A stretch of 64,000 nt of DNA, taken from NCBI GenBank assembly GCA_012295275.1, contig CM022673.1, positions 29,946,001 to 30,010,000 of the forward strand. Direction: 5' to 3'. Both the position numbers and the translations under genes were made by a program. The DNA is from Chrysomallon squamiferum. Lineage: Eukaryota; Animalia; Mollusca. The notes beneath the pieces were generated by a model. It had not been told where the DNA came from and ran no database searches. It worked only from the letters and a program-made list of their open reading frames with translations. Position 1 is the first letter of the stretch. Each line of letters begins with the position of its first letter. Shown one piece after another: positions 53,801 through 64,000 of the stretch.

Positions 53801-56800
53801 TGGACGTCTGAGAGTGCAAACAGTCCTGGGTTGTTCTTAAAAATCTCTGGTGTTGTATGGGTCTGAAAATAATATTAATGCCTTTACATTTTGAAATAAA
53901 TGAAATATATCTACAGTGTCTGTGTTTTGTGTGTGCATATGCACCTACATTTTTGTATATTTAATCATTCTGATAGTATCTGATGTATAACAAAGCAAAT
54001 ATATTTATTTTTAATTACCTCAATAAATAATTTATCTTTCATTTATCATATTTTTTTGTGTTTATGTCTGTGTTAGTTTCTATGTAAATGTAATACAAAC
54101 CAAATCTTTAATCTTTTCATCAGCTCCAGCTTTCTTCAGGAGTATGTAAATATCTTTATGTGTAGCACTACATGCAGCGTAGTGTAAAGCTGTTCTTCCC
54201 ATCTGGAGAAATTACAAAATCTTACAGAATTTTAAATATTTTTTTAAAAATAATTTTTGAAGTTTACAGTTTATAAAATATAAACTATTTTTTATATTTT
54301 ATTTTGAATAGCTTATTTTTGTTTTTTAATATTGTTTTTGAAATCTGTATTTTGATCTGTATTGGTAAAATCAGTCAATAAAAATATAGAACAAATATGG
54401 ATTAAGATATAAAAACACAAATTATTCCATTAATTATAATTATTATTATTATTATGAACTTTTTAATGAATATTCATTTAGAAATTAAAATTTATTTACA
54501 TACATTATCAGCTACATTGACTGTTGATGGAAATCTTTTAACAATGTGTTCAACAATGTCATACAGCTGAAAGATGACTGCTTTCTGTAGGGGAGGTAAT
54601 CCTGAATGATCACATACAATAGCAAGTTGTTTGCTTGTCAGAGTTGTCTTCAGATAATCTGGACTGTTTTGCTCAATGCAGTGATGTATCTGATAAACCT
54701 TTTTCTATGAATAAAAATAATTTAAAACTATACTACACCTTTGTCAAAAGTTCTACTTTCTTTATCCCTTGAATCCAGCTTACAATAATGCAGTAAGTGT
54801 AGACATTATAATTATGCAATATATTTTTTTTATTATGATACAAAAATCATGTCCAGTCTTTAGGAGATAAAAAAAAAAAAAAAAAAAATAATAATAATTA
54901 AAAACAAAATAAAAAATAAATAAATAAATAGGAATAAGAGAAAGAAAATTTAAAAAGATGGAGACAATTTAAAATGTTTAAGGATTTAATAAACATTTTG
55001 TTTCTTTGGTGCACGGAACATGTTAATTATTATACAAGTATTATTTAACTATTCAGAATTTATATTATTTTTATTATTAATTTAAAATATTAATAGAGTC
55101 ATAAAACACACCTGAACTGCAGGAAGTTCTCTAAAAAATATTCTAACATTTTCCTTAACATCTTTGATTTCATCAACATCCACTGGCCAGGCATTCCACC
55201 CTTGCTTCAGCAGATGTTCCAGAATCTCCATATTTCCCACTTTTATCAGCTGACACACCTGGTTCAGAATGAGCCACTGGATTTGTCTGGCTTCTCTTGT
55301 GATTGCCAGATCCAAAGCAGTGTCTCCATTCTCATCCCTGAAACTGATGTCTATCTTATTTAGGAGCATTTTGACGATGTCATCATTGGTGCCTTGGTCA
55401 ATGGCAACGTGGAGGTAAGATGAGCCGTCATATCCTCTTTGGTTTACATCTTGACTCTTCAGAAGGATCTCAAGCTGTTCTGTGTCATTGTCAAGGATTG
55501 CCTGATAAATTTCTTGGTCCTGAAAATCCATTGATCATTTGATGTGGACTGGACAATCCTGAAACTTTGAGATATCTTTATAAATGAAAAATGAAACAGA
55601 AAGAGACAAGAAAATTAGAGATCTCAAGAAAAACCACTAACTAGATGTGATCAGTGATCCCACATTAGGCTCATTGTGAATTCTGTTTTTGAACACATAA
55701 TAATTATTTTATCTAATGCTGTATAATTTATTTGCATTAAAATATATATTCCTACTTTTGATAAGGGTGATGTGCTTGGAAGGGAAGTGACTTAATTCAT
55801 TTTAGTTTATACATTTAATACATGTCAATGTTTACAGTTGAAACTACTTATATAATGAAATGCACTGAGTATTCTGTTATGATCCTAAATAGGATTAGTA
55901 TTTTCCAATTAAAAAAAATGGTGTTACTTAATTAAAATGAAGTATGAATTCCAGTTCATTCAAGGCTGATATAAAGCAAATATACTAACACATATTAATA
56001 TGATACAATTTAAATTCAGATTTCTCCTAATAGAAGTATCACATCATCATTGCCGAGATTAGTGCAGTCATACATTAGATTATTACATTTTTTTTTTACA
56101 TTTCTGTAATAGATTTTTAAAATCCACCTTCCAGTACATTACTGTGCTTGATGCAATATATGAAATTAACTGTGGAGGCATATTTTTATATATTTGACAT
56201 ACACTGTATGTATTATGTAGTGTGTTTATCATGTATAGTTATAAAAAATACCGGTATGTAAGTACTAATGGGTTATCTGTGATGTGTGTATATGTGTCTG
56301 CATATTTGTGTGCACATGCAGGATAGTTTCTTGGAACATACTCAAGTATTATTATCTGTACAATTATTCATATATTACTCTTATATATATTAAACAAATA
56401 TTCAGTATTTCTATCTGCTAAAAGACTTGAGTTGCCTAATTAAAACTAGAAAAATACAACACACAAAAAAGACTTTAAAAGAAGACTACACACACCTCTT
56501 TAGGTTCATCTTACAGTTGTAAGATACATTTTACATAGTGATTGATTATTCACTGTACATTTATCTCAGTGAACAGATTTCTATTCATTTAAAGATTAAT
56601 GAAAAAACATAATTTACTCAGTTTTACTGTGTGGATTCTAGTTATTATACAAATGAAAAACCTTACCTGTTTTGATGTTCTTTTTAAAGATTTTATTTAT
56701 GCCACTTCTTCCTACAAAGTAAAATCAAGTAAACCTCTCTCAAAAAAATATATATGAGTAATTATACACAAGCTAAATATAATACTAATTGGTTACCATG

Positions 56801-57760
56801 GAAACTTCTTCAGTCACTGTAGGAGTATACTGTTACCATAGTACTACAGTGGTTTAATGATCATCATATAGATTCTGCTTTCAGGCTTTTCATTCTGATT
56901 ACAAAAGCCTGCTTTGCCATTGATTATAAAATAAGTTTTTGTCACACACTGTCGTGTGTTTGCTGATAAAAGTGATACTGTCATTGATTCTAATGTGTAG
57001 AATTGATTTCTGAATTTTGTTCATGTATTTTCCATTGTGATTTGACTAATAATTTGTTGACCTGCAGGTGCATGTTTGTGTATCACACATAACAGTTTTT
57101 CACTAATTTAGAAATTTGCCTGTGTGTTTGCTGTTGGACATAATTGTGTTATATAATTGTATATTGATAGTTTAGCAGTTGCCTAATGTGTTTGTTGTCA
57201 GATGTAACTGAAATTGCTGATATTTTGAAATCCACTTTTATAATTTGTATAAAATGATTATTGCATTAACAACATTAACAAGTTGTAGAATTTCCAACAT
57301 AAATTGCATTTTGATTTCCTTTAGTTTCTGTGTTTCTCTCATCTATACACAGTTAATGTATAACAATGACACAAATCAAACAAAACCAAAAACAATTACA
57401 TTGGGAAATTCTACTACTGTCCATATAATTTTCTTTAAACTAATGTGAAGTATTAAAGATTAGAGATGATTCATGCAGTGAACAGGTAAGGTGAAAATTC
57501 AAGCTGCACAAAATTCTGGCTAAATGTTGAACACAAATTTCTACAAAAAAGAAATCACTAAAGAACTTGCATGCTTCTTTTAATAACCATAATAAAATAT
57601 TTCTTGTTTTACAGAGTACCATGATACTGCAGCCTATCCAGCTCCAAGTTACTGCAACCCAATTCCATGGCAACCAATCCACATACCTACTGTTAAGAAT
57701 GAGAAACCCAAGAAGTCAAAGCCTAAGAAATACATGTGGAACCCAGACAAATATTATTAA
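38867..57760 (+). CDS. CCDC34: Coiled-coil domain-containing protein 34-like (3 coding exons, 314 aa)
   Basis: Exons 38867-39102 (STASLTSILDHNSYE plus acidic run), 39482-40044 (LSSWENWIINKTKE, K/E coiled coil with spaced W, RPKSAPCSVGVLGGKLT) and 57615-57760 (QYHDTAAYPAPSYCNPIPWQPIHIP...KYY*). Phases 2 and 1 join exactly; total 945 nt. The YPxPx(F/Y)xNPIPWxPIH motif is the recalled CCDC34 C-terminal signature. Confidence 0.88.
41012..47218 (-). CDS. Ankyrin-repeat protein with internal Dpy-30 (DYDC-like) motif and coiled coil, about 772 aa (or the 3' half of a 1402-aa protein starting at 55531)
   Basis: Exons 46796-47226 (ATG at 47218), 46075-46275, 45734-45835, 45287-45452, 44562-44806, 43979-44154, 43515-43633, 43053-43172, 42761-42927, 42183-42383, 41470-41565, 41012-41314 (TAA); all phases join. 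Ankyrin motifs GRSLLHAA, GRTALHYAA, GQTELHKMA, GRSPLHMAV, NRTPLHYAM; Dpy-30 motif [40 protein letters not shown]; acidic low-complexity tail. Confidence 0.85.
44562..44806 (-). CDS. Exon encoding the Dpy-30 motif (DYDC1/2-like dimerisation/docking domain)
   Basis: [39 protein letters not shown] follows the DYDC pattern Y-x3-LG-x2-LT-x2-LAE-x4-RP-x-DPIEYLA-x-W-x-YKY. Confidence 0.88.
47797..48108 (-). promoter_or_regulatory. Putative second promoter and non-coding exon for the Dpy-30/ankyrin unit
   Basis: Consensus donor CAG|GTAAGT at 47797/47796; X-box-like GTTGCTAAGGGAGAT (47900-47914) and GTTGTCATGATAAT (48095-48108). Confidence 0.4.
50529..55531 (-). CDS. Ankyrin-repeat protein with two tandem modules, about 647 aa if it stops at 50529; may instead splice from 50591 into 47226
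   Basis: Exons 55112-55531 (ATG, MDFQDQEIYQAI), 54504-54704, 54101-54202 (MGRTALHYAA), 53119-53862, 52356-52595, 51564-51659 (MGRTAMHYC), then 50669 down to 50591 (donor) or 50529 (stop), WGLTASDYLRNP. All phase-0 joins; paralogous to the 41012-47218 modules. Confidence 0.8.
56667..56770 (-). other. Putative non-coding first exon of the nested ankyrin gene (5' end approximate)
   Basis: CAG|GTAAGG donor; next acceptor ttcag at 55559-55563 lies just before the ATG at 55531; X-box immediately upstream. Confidence 0.55.
56792..56805. promoter_or_regulatory. RFX X-box (GTTACCATGGAAAC) upstream of the nested ankyrin gene; second X-box-like site GTTACCATAGTAC at 56832-56844
   Basis: Matches the 14-bp consensus GTNRCC-AT-RGNAAC; lies about 125 bp 5' of a strong minus-strand donor (CAG|GTAAGG at 56667/56666). 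Confidence 0.75.
57615..57760 (+). CDS. CCDC34: Terminal coding exon of CCDC34-like (this reading frame is not in the ORF track)
   Basis: ttcttgttttacag|AG TAC CAT GAT ACT GCA GCC TAT CCA GCT CCA AGT TAC TGC AAC CCA ATT CCA TGG...TAT TAT TAA; completes the C|AG (Gln) codon begun at 40044. Confidence 0.88.
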
Positions 57761-59621
57761 ATTATATTTATTTTTATTTATACAAACTGTGATATTTAGG
57801 ATCATATTAGCAACTTCTTTATTTTTAAATTTCTTATTTTATATTTATGTTGCATTTATTTATAATGATTCATTTTTTTCTTCTTGTTGTTTTTGTTTTC
57901 AGTAGTTGTAATCATTAGATCATTTTGAAGATGAATCATTTATTATTATTATTATTATTTTTATTTGTTATCAGTTTTAGCAGGCATCTTTTTAAAGACT
58001 TTTATGTTTGTACTGTATTTTTAATATAATATTTATTATTATTTTTTATTAATAAATGTCTTGAAATATTTATTGATAATTCCTGTTTAATAATAAACAA
58101 AAAGAATAATGATAAAAGAAGAATAAAATATTTCAGTATCAAGACATAATACAATTATAAAAATAAACTGGACAGTTAATTTAAATTGTGTTTAACAAAG
58201 AACAGAAGTGGAAGAAGAATTAAACTATATATATATAAATAGTGAATTAAATTTGAATATAAACATAGTATGTTCAATTTATGAGAATGTTTTTATGAGT
58301 TTTGAAATGGTGCCATTAACTCATCCAATATATCTACATCCAATTTCCTTGATTTTTTTTTTATATACCTCAAGCAAAAAAACCCAAAACAAACCCTAAC
58401 AAACAACAACATAATAATGTATTTTAATGATAATAATAATATCAAGAATTATAATTGATAAAAAAAATCTCACAAGAAGAAAAATAGAATATTTGTAAAC
58501 ATTATTTTCCTAGTAAATCTTTTACACAGTAATGTGAAGAAATTAAAAACAAGGAGAACATTTAGACCTCCAAAATAATTTGTATCATAAATATTTCATA
58601 TCCCTAACTTTCTAATTCAGTATATTTAAATGTATATGATATGTAGATAGTACCATTTTTTTCTAAAACAGATATTTGTAGATTAAAAAAAATAAAAAAT
58701 AAAAAATAAATAAAAGATTATAATAATAATAATTTAAAAAAATAATTAAATATATTAAAAAAATAAAAAATAAAATGAATAGTGAGACTGCAGGACAAAT
58801 ATTTGTAAAAATATAAATCATCACAGAAATTGTTGAAACTTTAAACTAATGGGTGTCTGATTCTTTTATTAAATATATGTACTGCTACAAATATTGCTGA
58901 ACTGCTACTAGTGTGTTATCTGTTACAACTGCAGTTTCATTTCATCAGTTTTGTCAGGATCCATTACCATTATGTTTTTATTATTATTATTATTATTTTT
59001 TTTAAAGATTCATATTTTAGATAATGGATTATCAGCTAATATTAGTGCCTTTCAGAGAGCTATTTTTGCTTCAGGATTCATCAGTCTTTTTATGTGTAAA
59101 TCAATATTATAAAACAAGTGTTTAAAAGCTAGCTGTGATATTTGAAATGTTTATATATGCATTCTGAAACAAGGTCAATATCAAATATATTTTATAATTG
59201 CTTCTTTTATTATTATTTTTTAACTCAAATTTTTCTTTAAATATTATACATCTAGGATTTTTAAATAGGGGCCTGCCCATACTGTTAAAAATCACTGAAA
59301 ATCAGTGATTGAAAATAATACAAAATTAACAGAAGGGATTTTGAAACTGTGTAAACATGTTATGATGCTTTAGGAAACTGAATAAGATATATTTTATATG
59401 TATAAAAGTATTTTAAGACGAAAGTTTAAAACTTGAGCAAAGGTGGGTTTTTTTATTAGTTTGTTTGTAAATGAACATTTTAATCATTTTAAATTTTTTT
59501 TTTTTTATTGAGTGTAATTTGTTAACATGTTAGACTGTATTTAATAATGTTTGAATGTTGTAAGCAGTTGAAATTTGTGGAAATTTAATATTGTTCAAAA
59601 GTTCTAATGGTTTTTGAAATA

Positions 59622-59893
59622 TAGGATGAGCATCTCTTATTCAAAATGTCTGGGGCAGGATGTGTCTCCTATTTCGGAATGTTTCGGGTTTGGAATACAA
59701 GGAGAACATCAAAGTGAATACAAATCTAAACACCAAAACTGTTTATATTTCATGTACATCTTACATACATAGCCTGCAGGTAGTTTTGTATAATATTTGT
59801 AATATTTTTGTGCACAATATAATTTTTATGCATCAAGCCATTTGTAAACTGCAACCATCCTATCTTGCTGCTTGTAGAAAGTTTCAGATTTTG
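59622..59893 (+). mobile_element. Tigger4/Zombi (MER46)-like MITE remnant
   Basis: TA|taggatgagcatctcttattcaaaatg...aaatctaaacaccaaaactgtttatatttcatgtacatcttacatacatagcctgcaggtagttttgtataatatttgtaatatttttgtgcac...aaagtttcagattttg follows my recollection of the Tigger4b consensus collinearly; right TIR not seen. Confidence 0.65.
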
Positions 59894-60779
59894 TATATGC
59901 AAACATATAGCATTTTGAACTAAAGTATTAACACTAAAACATAAATTTCTAAAAATTAAATATTTATGAAGTATTGAAAAAATATGTGATAATCAGAATA
60001 GAAAAAAAACAAAAACAAAATTTCAAGGTATGCTTCTCTGATGGCTTTAAAAATTTGATCAGATTTTGTTGATGTCCTTTCAATTTAATAAATGAATTCA
60101 GAGAAAGGTATGTATTATTATATTATTTTGTTGAAATGCACAATCTTTTCAGTGTACTGCAAACAGTGGGAAACACAAGCCTAATAGAAAATAACTAAAT
60201 AGTTACTTTTGATTATTTTATCTCGTCACAATTATTAAATTTTTTATTAGAATGTGCTTAATTATACTGACAAATGAAATCAGATCTGTTATACGTCATC
60301 TACTTTTTGGGGCAAATAAATAAATGATTAACATTCAGTGTATTGTGTCTTCATTTATTTTTGTTATTCATCCCAGTATTAGTTGTGAAATTGATCTATA
60401 AATCCAGGAAACCTAAAACAGGATGGGATTTAATCCCAAGGATTTGGTTTAAATGATTAATCACTACACCACCAATAACTGTGTTTCAGGTATTTAGCAC
60501 GTAATAATTAGAAAGGGTTTAACAGATACGTGTAAAGATATACCATTTACACCATAATATGTACACTGGAAACAGATATAAAATTAAAACATTTATTTTC
60601 CAAACCATTCCACAAAATGGACAGTCCAAAATGTAATCAGTTCCATGGAGTATTTTCCAGAATGTGCTGACATGGTGAGTATTTAATATGGATGATAAAA
60701 TAAAAAACATTTTAACATACAACAATCTCGTTAATTTAAGTATGTAATTTATTGCGTTGTGCCAAAAAGCGAATTCACC

Positions 60780-61565
60780 ATACTTCGAACTTTGTAGATT
60801 CATGGTCTTAGGGAAATAACTCTATTTTAATTTAATATATTGCATAATCAAAACAAAAAAATCAAAAATTCATAAATAATACATTATTATTATTGTTAAT
60901 TGCATTAACTGAAATAAATAAATTTATATGAAAGAACATAACAAACGCTAAACTACTAGAAGAACTGTCGGTGGCATTTTATAAAAAAAAATATTTCTTG
61001 AATTAATTATAATACCAGTATTTATATTCGATAAGATATAGTTATTTTTTGTGTACGTAGTTTAATTTTAAATTTCCAGAATAATTTACAGGCACGATGT
61101 TATTGTTGAAGATAGGTAATGCTTATTCCTCCCCCCCACCGGTTATTTAGACCATTTTGTGAGTTTCAAACTGGGTAAAATTATGGTTTAAGGGAAATAA
61201 CTCTATTTATGTTAACGCACATGTAATCGAAAGATTGAGTCTCAAATACAATTCGTTAAAATATATATCTATTTATAACAACAAATGGCAAGTAATACTA
61301 TATTAAAAAAGAGCAGCTGATGGTAATCGAATTTTAAAAAAATTTAATATTGCCAGTATGTATATTCAATAATGAATTTTTTATTTTTACATGTTTAATT
61401 TAATTTCAAAATAATATGATTCACAATAATCCACACGCACAATATTACTGCTGATTCACAAAACGAATATTTATTTTTCTGGTTACTAAGTCAAATAACA
61501 ATGTATATCGAAGTTCTTAAGAGTCATGGTCTAAGGGAAATAACTCTATTTTATATCAACGCACT
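60780..61565. repeat. Degenerate direct repeats of about 340-380 bp (two full periods plus the start of a third)
   Basis: Core ATGGT(c/t)T(t/a)AGGGAAATAACTCTATTT at about 60802, 61183 and 61526; second shared block ccagtat(t/g)tatattc(g/a)ataa at about 61014 and 61353. Confidence 0.7.
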
Positions 61566-61569
61566 AAAC

Positions 61570-61620
61570 CAGTCATGGGCAAACTGAGGTCCGCGCAGCT
61601 TTCTGAGTGGCCCGCCTAAT
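61570..61620 (+). mobile_element. hAT-Charlie-like terminal fragment
   Basis: CAGTCATGGGCAAACTGAGGTCCGCG...GGCCCGC resembles MER58/MER30-type ends; partner end not clearly identified. Confidence 0.4.
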
Positions 61621-62181
61621 TTCACATTAATTCAAATTTTATAAAATAAATCTATTTTGTATCTACTAATACACTAAAACATATGTATTTTTTTTTTTTA
61701 TTATAACAGTTTCTGAAGCAAATGAAAATGAAATTTTCTTAAAATAAACTCTACGTAAAAACACAAAATCGCCCGCTTCTCGAAAACATTACCGATTTAT
61801 TACTTTCTATTTCGAATTTCTATACATATTTATTGCAGAATATTTATTTAAATTTGCTGCTTATTATTTAATTAATTAATTTATTTATAGATATTTCCTT
61901 GTTCCATAAGTATACTATATTACTGACATCTGTTTGCTCAAGATTTATAAATTAAAGTATAACACTTTAGCGGATAATGTAGTCTGCAGATCCCTTCAGA
62001 TAACTAATAATATTAAATATCTGTTTTCAATAGTAGGTGAAAGAAATACCGAATATTACTATATGATTATAGTATTATCCCCATACAGTTTGTTTTGTTA
62101 TGCAATTACTTTACTGGAATATGATTGAATAGCTATTTTTATTAATAGCTTTTTGAAATGGGAATATTTTATCATGATGAT

Positions 62182-62226
<45 letters not shown>

Positions 62227-64000
62227 TTACAACTTCGTGAAGCAATAATCTAAGGGAAGCAAGCTTAATTAACACACATTGAATAGAAAGAATGAGTCTC
62301 CAAGAACCCTCATTTATTTATTTTATTATTATTTTTTTCATTTAGCCATATAATGTAACTATTTCCAAATAACATTTTACTTTCGAGATCAATAGTGGAA
62401 ACATCAAACAGTTACATAAACATAATTTTTTGTTGTTGTTTGACTGATCTACTGATTAACATGATTAATTTGTTAATTTCTGTTTTGAATTGCAATACAT
62501 GTACATGTATATTGCAGAATACAATTTTTTTTAATCCAAATGATATTAAAATAAATTCGATTGATTGATTGATTGACTAGTGCAAAAAATATGTTACATT
62601 ACTGACATAGCCTTGCTCTAGGTTTTAACTTTCTGATTTAATACTTGGTGGATAATGTAGTTTTCAAATAACAGTGTATTTCTCCCAAAACATGAATCAT
62701 AACTAGCACAAAATATTACATGGTAATCCGTGAGGTTAACAGATACACTGAGGTATAAAATTATGTTTACACATAATAACATTAACACACACTCACCTAA
62801 ATATTCTTATGCATACAAACATATAAAATTATCTATAAAAATAGCAAAATTAAGAGAAAGGAAGTGTCATCCGTTTGTTCATAATGATAGAAAAAAGTAT
62901 TTTCTAAGTAAAGTATAATTTTAAATAAGCATTTAATAGATTGCTTTAATTAATGATGTTATTTTATTCTGATGGGTTATTTTAACTGAAGAACATAAGT
63001 GTAAACAAATTACTGAAAATGAAGTTTGTTTATACTTACTGACTGACATATTGTCTGTTTCAGAGATATGTAAACAGAGATTTACATGATGTAAGGTGCT
63101 TGTATGATTGAAATAAAATATATTTATTATATTATTTGAAAAAGAAACTCTTAAAATTTAATGTCCTATTGTTTATTTAAATAGAATCCCCCCTTGAATT
63201 CTGTAACACAAATCAAAACTAATAAAACTGTACCCTGATAAAAAATAGAAGAAAAAAAGAAGCAAACAATAAGAAAAAGGTTGTCTTTTTAGTTGTGGCC
63301 TCTAAAAATATGGTGACTTCATTAGGATTCCTTAGAATTCTTACAAATTCACTTTTAATTTTTTTTTTTTTTTTTGACATTGTTACCCACCACATGTAAT
63401 CTCCCACCAGCTTGAAACTGAAGAAAACTTCACTATCAAGCCTTGCCAGTTGAAATTATATCTACATCACCTTCCAAATACTTCATTTATTATCTGTCTA
63501 GATATGTTTAAAAATAATAACTTGAAATATATATATTTTAAAGTTGTAATGAAAAAAAGAAAGTTACTAGGAATAATAAATGTACTATCATCTAAATTTG
63601 ATTTTTAGATACATGTATTACAACACTAACTGTAGCCCATTCCTGTGACTTGAGAATTTGTTTAACTTAAGAATATAAATATTTCTTTAATTTTCAATTA
63701 ATAATATTTAATATAGATTTTCTGAGTATTATGCATATGGGTGTCAGATCAGCTGAGTAACTTTTTAGACAAATCCTTCAAAATGACTGTCAGTTTGAAA
63801 ATATTAGATTTAAAGTTTAATAAAATCCATATCAGCAGATGCAGGCACTGTCAGTGTGAAAGTGCTGGTTTCTAACTTAATTTTATATAACCATCAGGGC
63901 AACAAAATTCCATTACTGTTTTTGACTTTAAAATCAATCCTTTGTGTCATTTTTATTTCATTGTGCATTCCAGGAGGAAAAATGTAACAACTGATATAAA

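Larger units (their letters stand above)
60645..63090 (+). other. Possible 5' exons of a further plus-strand gene (60645-60674, 63064-63090; next acceptor at 63973)
   Basis: ccATGGAG...GACATG|GTGAGT (MEYFPECADM) and tactgactgac...gtttcag|27 nt|GTAAGG (RYVNRDLHD); no homology recognised; may be UTR exons. Confidence 0.3.

Noticed and set aside
57662-57674. X-box-like ATTCCATGGCAAC
   Set aside because: Explained by the conserved Ile-Pro-Trp-Gln codons of CCDC34; a dual role cannot be excluded but is unsupported.
57567-57905. 112-aa ORF in the track
   Set aside because: Wrong frame; the coding signal is the CCDC34 terminal exon 57615-57760 in another frame.
63385-63420. Minus-strand 31-nt exon-like segment (FQAGGRLHVV)
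   Set aside because: No partner exons or recognisable homology; could be chance AG/GT.

Overview
AT-rich, intron-rich animal genomic DNA, probably from an invertebrate (lophotrochozoan/mollusc-like; species not determinable from sequence). I assembled gene models by hand from GT-AG sites and phase continuity. (1) The 5' part of a DNHD1-like dynein-heavy-chain-domain gene lies on the minus strand (48 phase-consistent coding exons, 37156 to 60, about 2535 aa, running off the left edge inside AAA2). (2) A CCDC34-like gene lies head-to-head with it on the plus strand (38867-39102, 39482-40044, 57615-57760; 314 aa). (3) Nested antisense inside the 17.57-kb last intron of CCDC34 are one or two multi-exon ankyrin-repeat genes built from four copies of one exon module; one part carries an internal Dpy-30/DYDC-like domain plus coiled coil. 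RFX X-box motifs occur at the putative promoters, so the locus reads as an interleaved motile-cilium/flagellum gene cluster. Also present: pogo/Tigger elements (one resembling mammalian Tigger4/Zombi), hAT fragments, several intronic minisatellites and microsatellites. Family assignments rest on recalled motifs, not on database searches.
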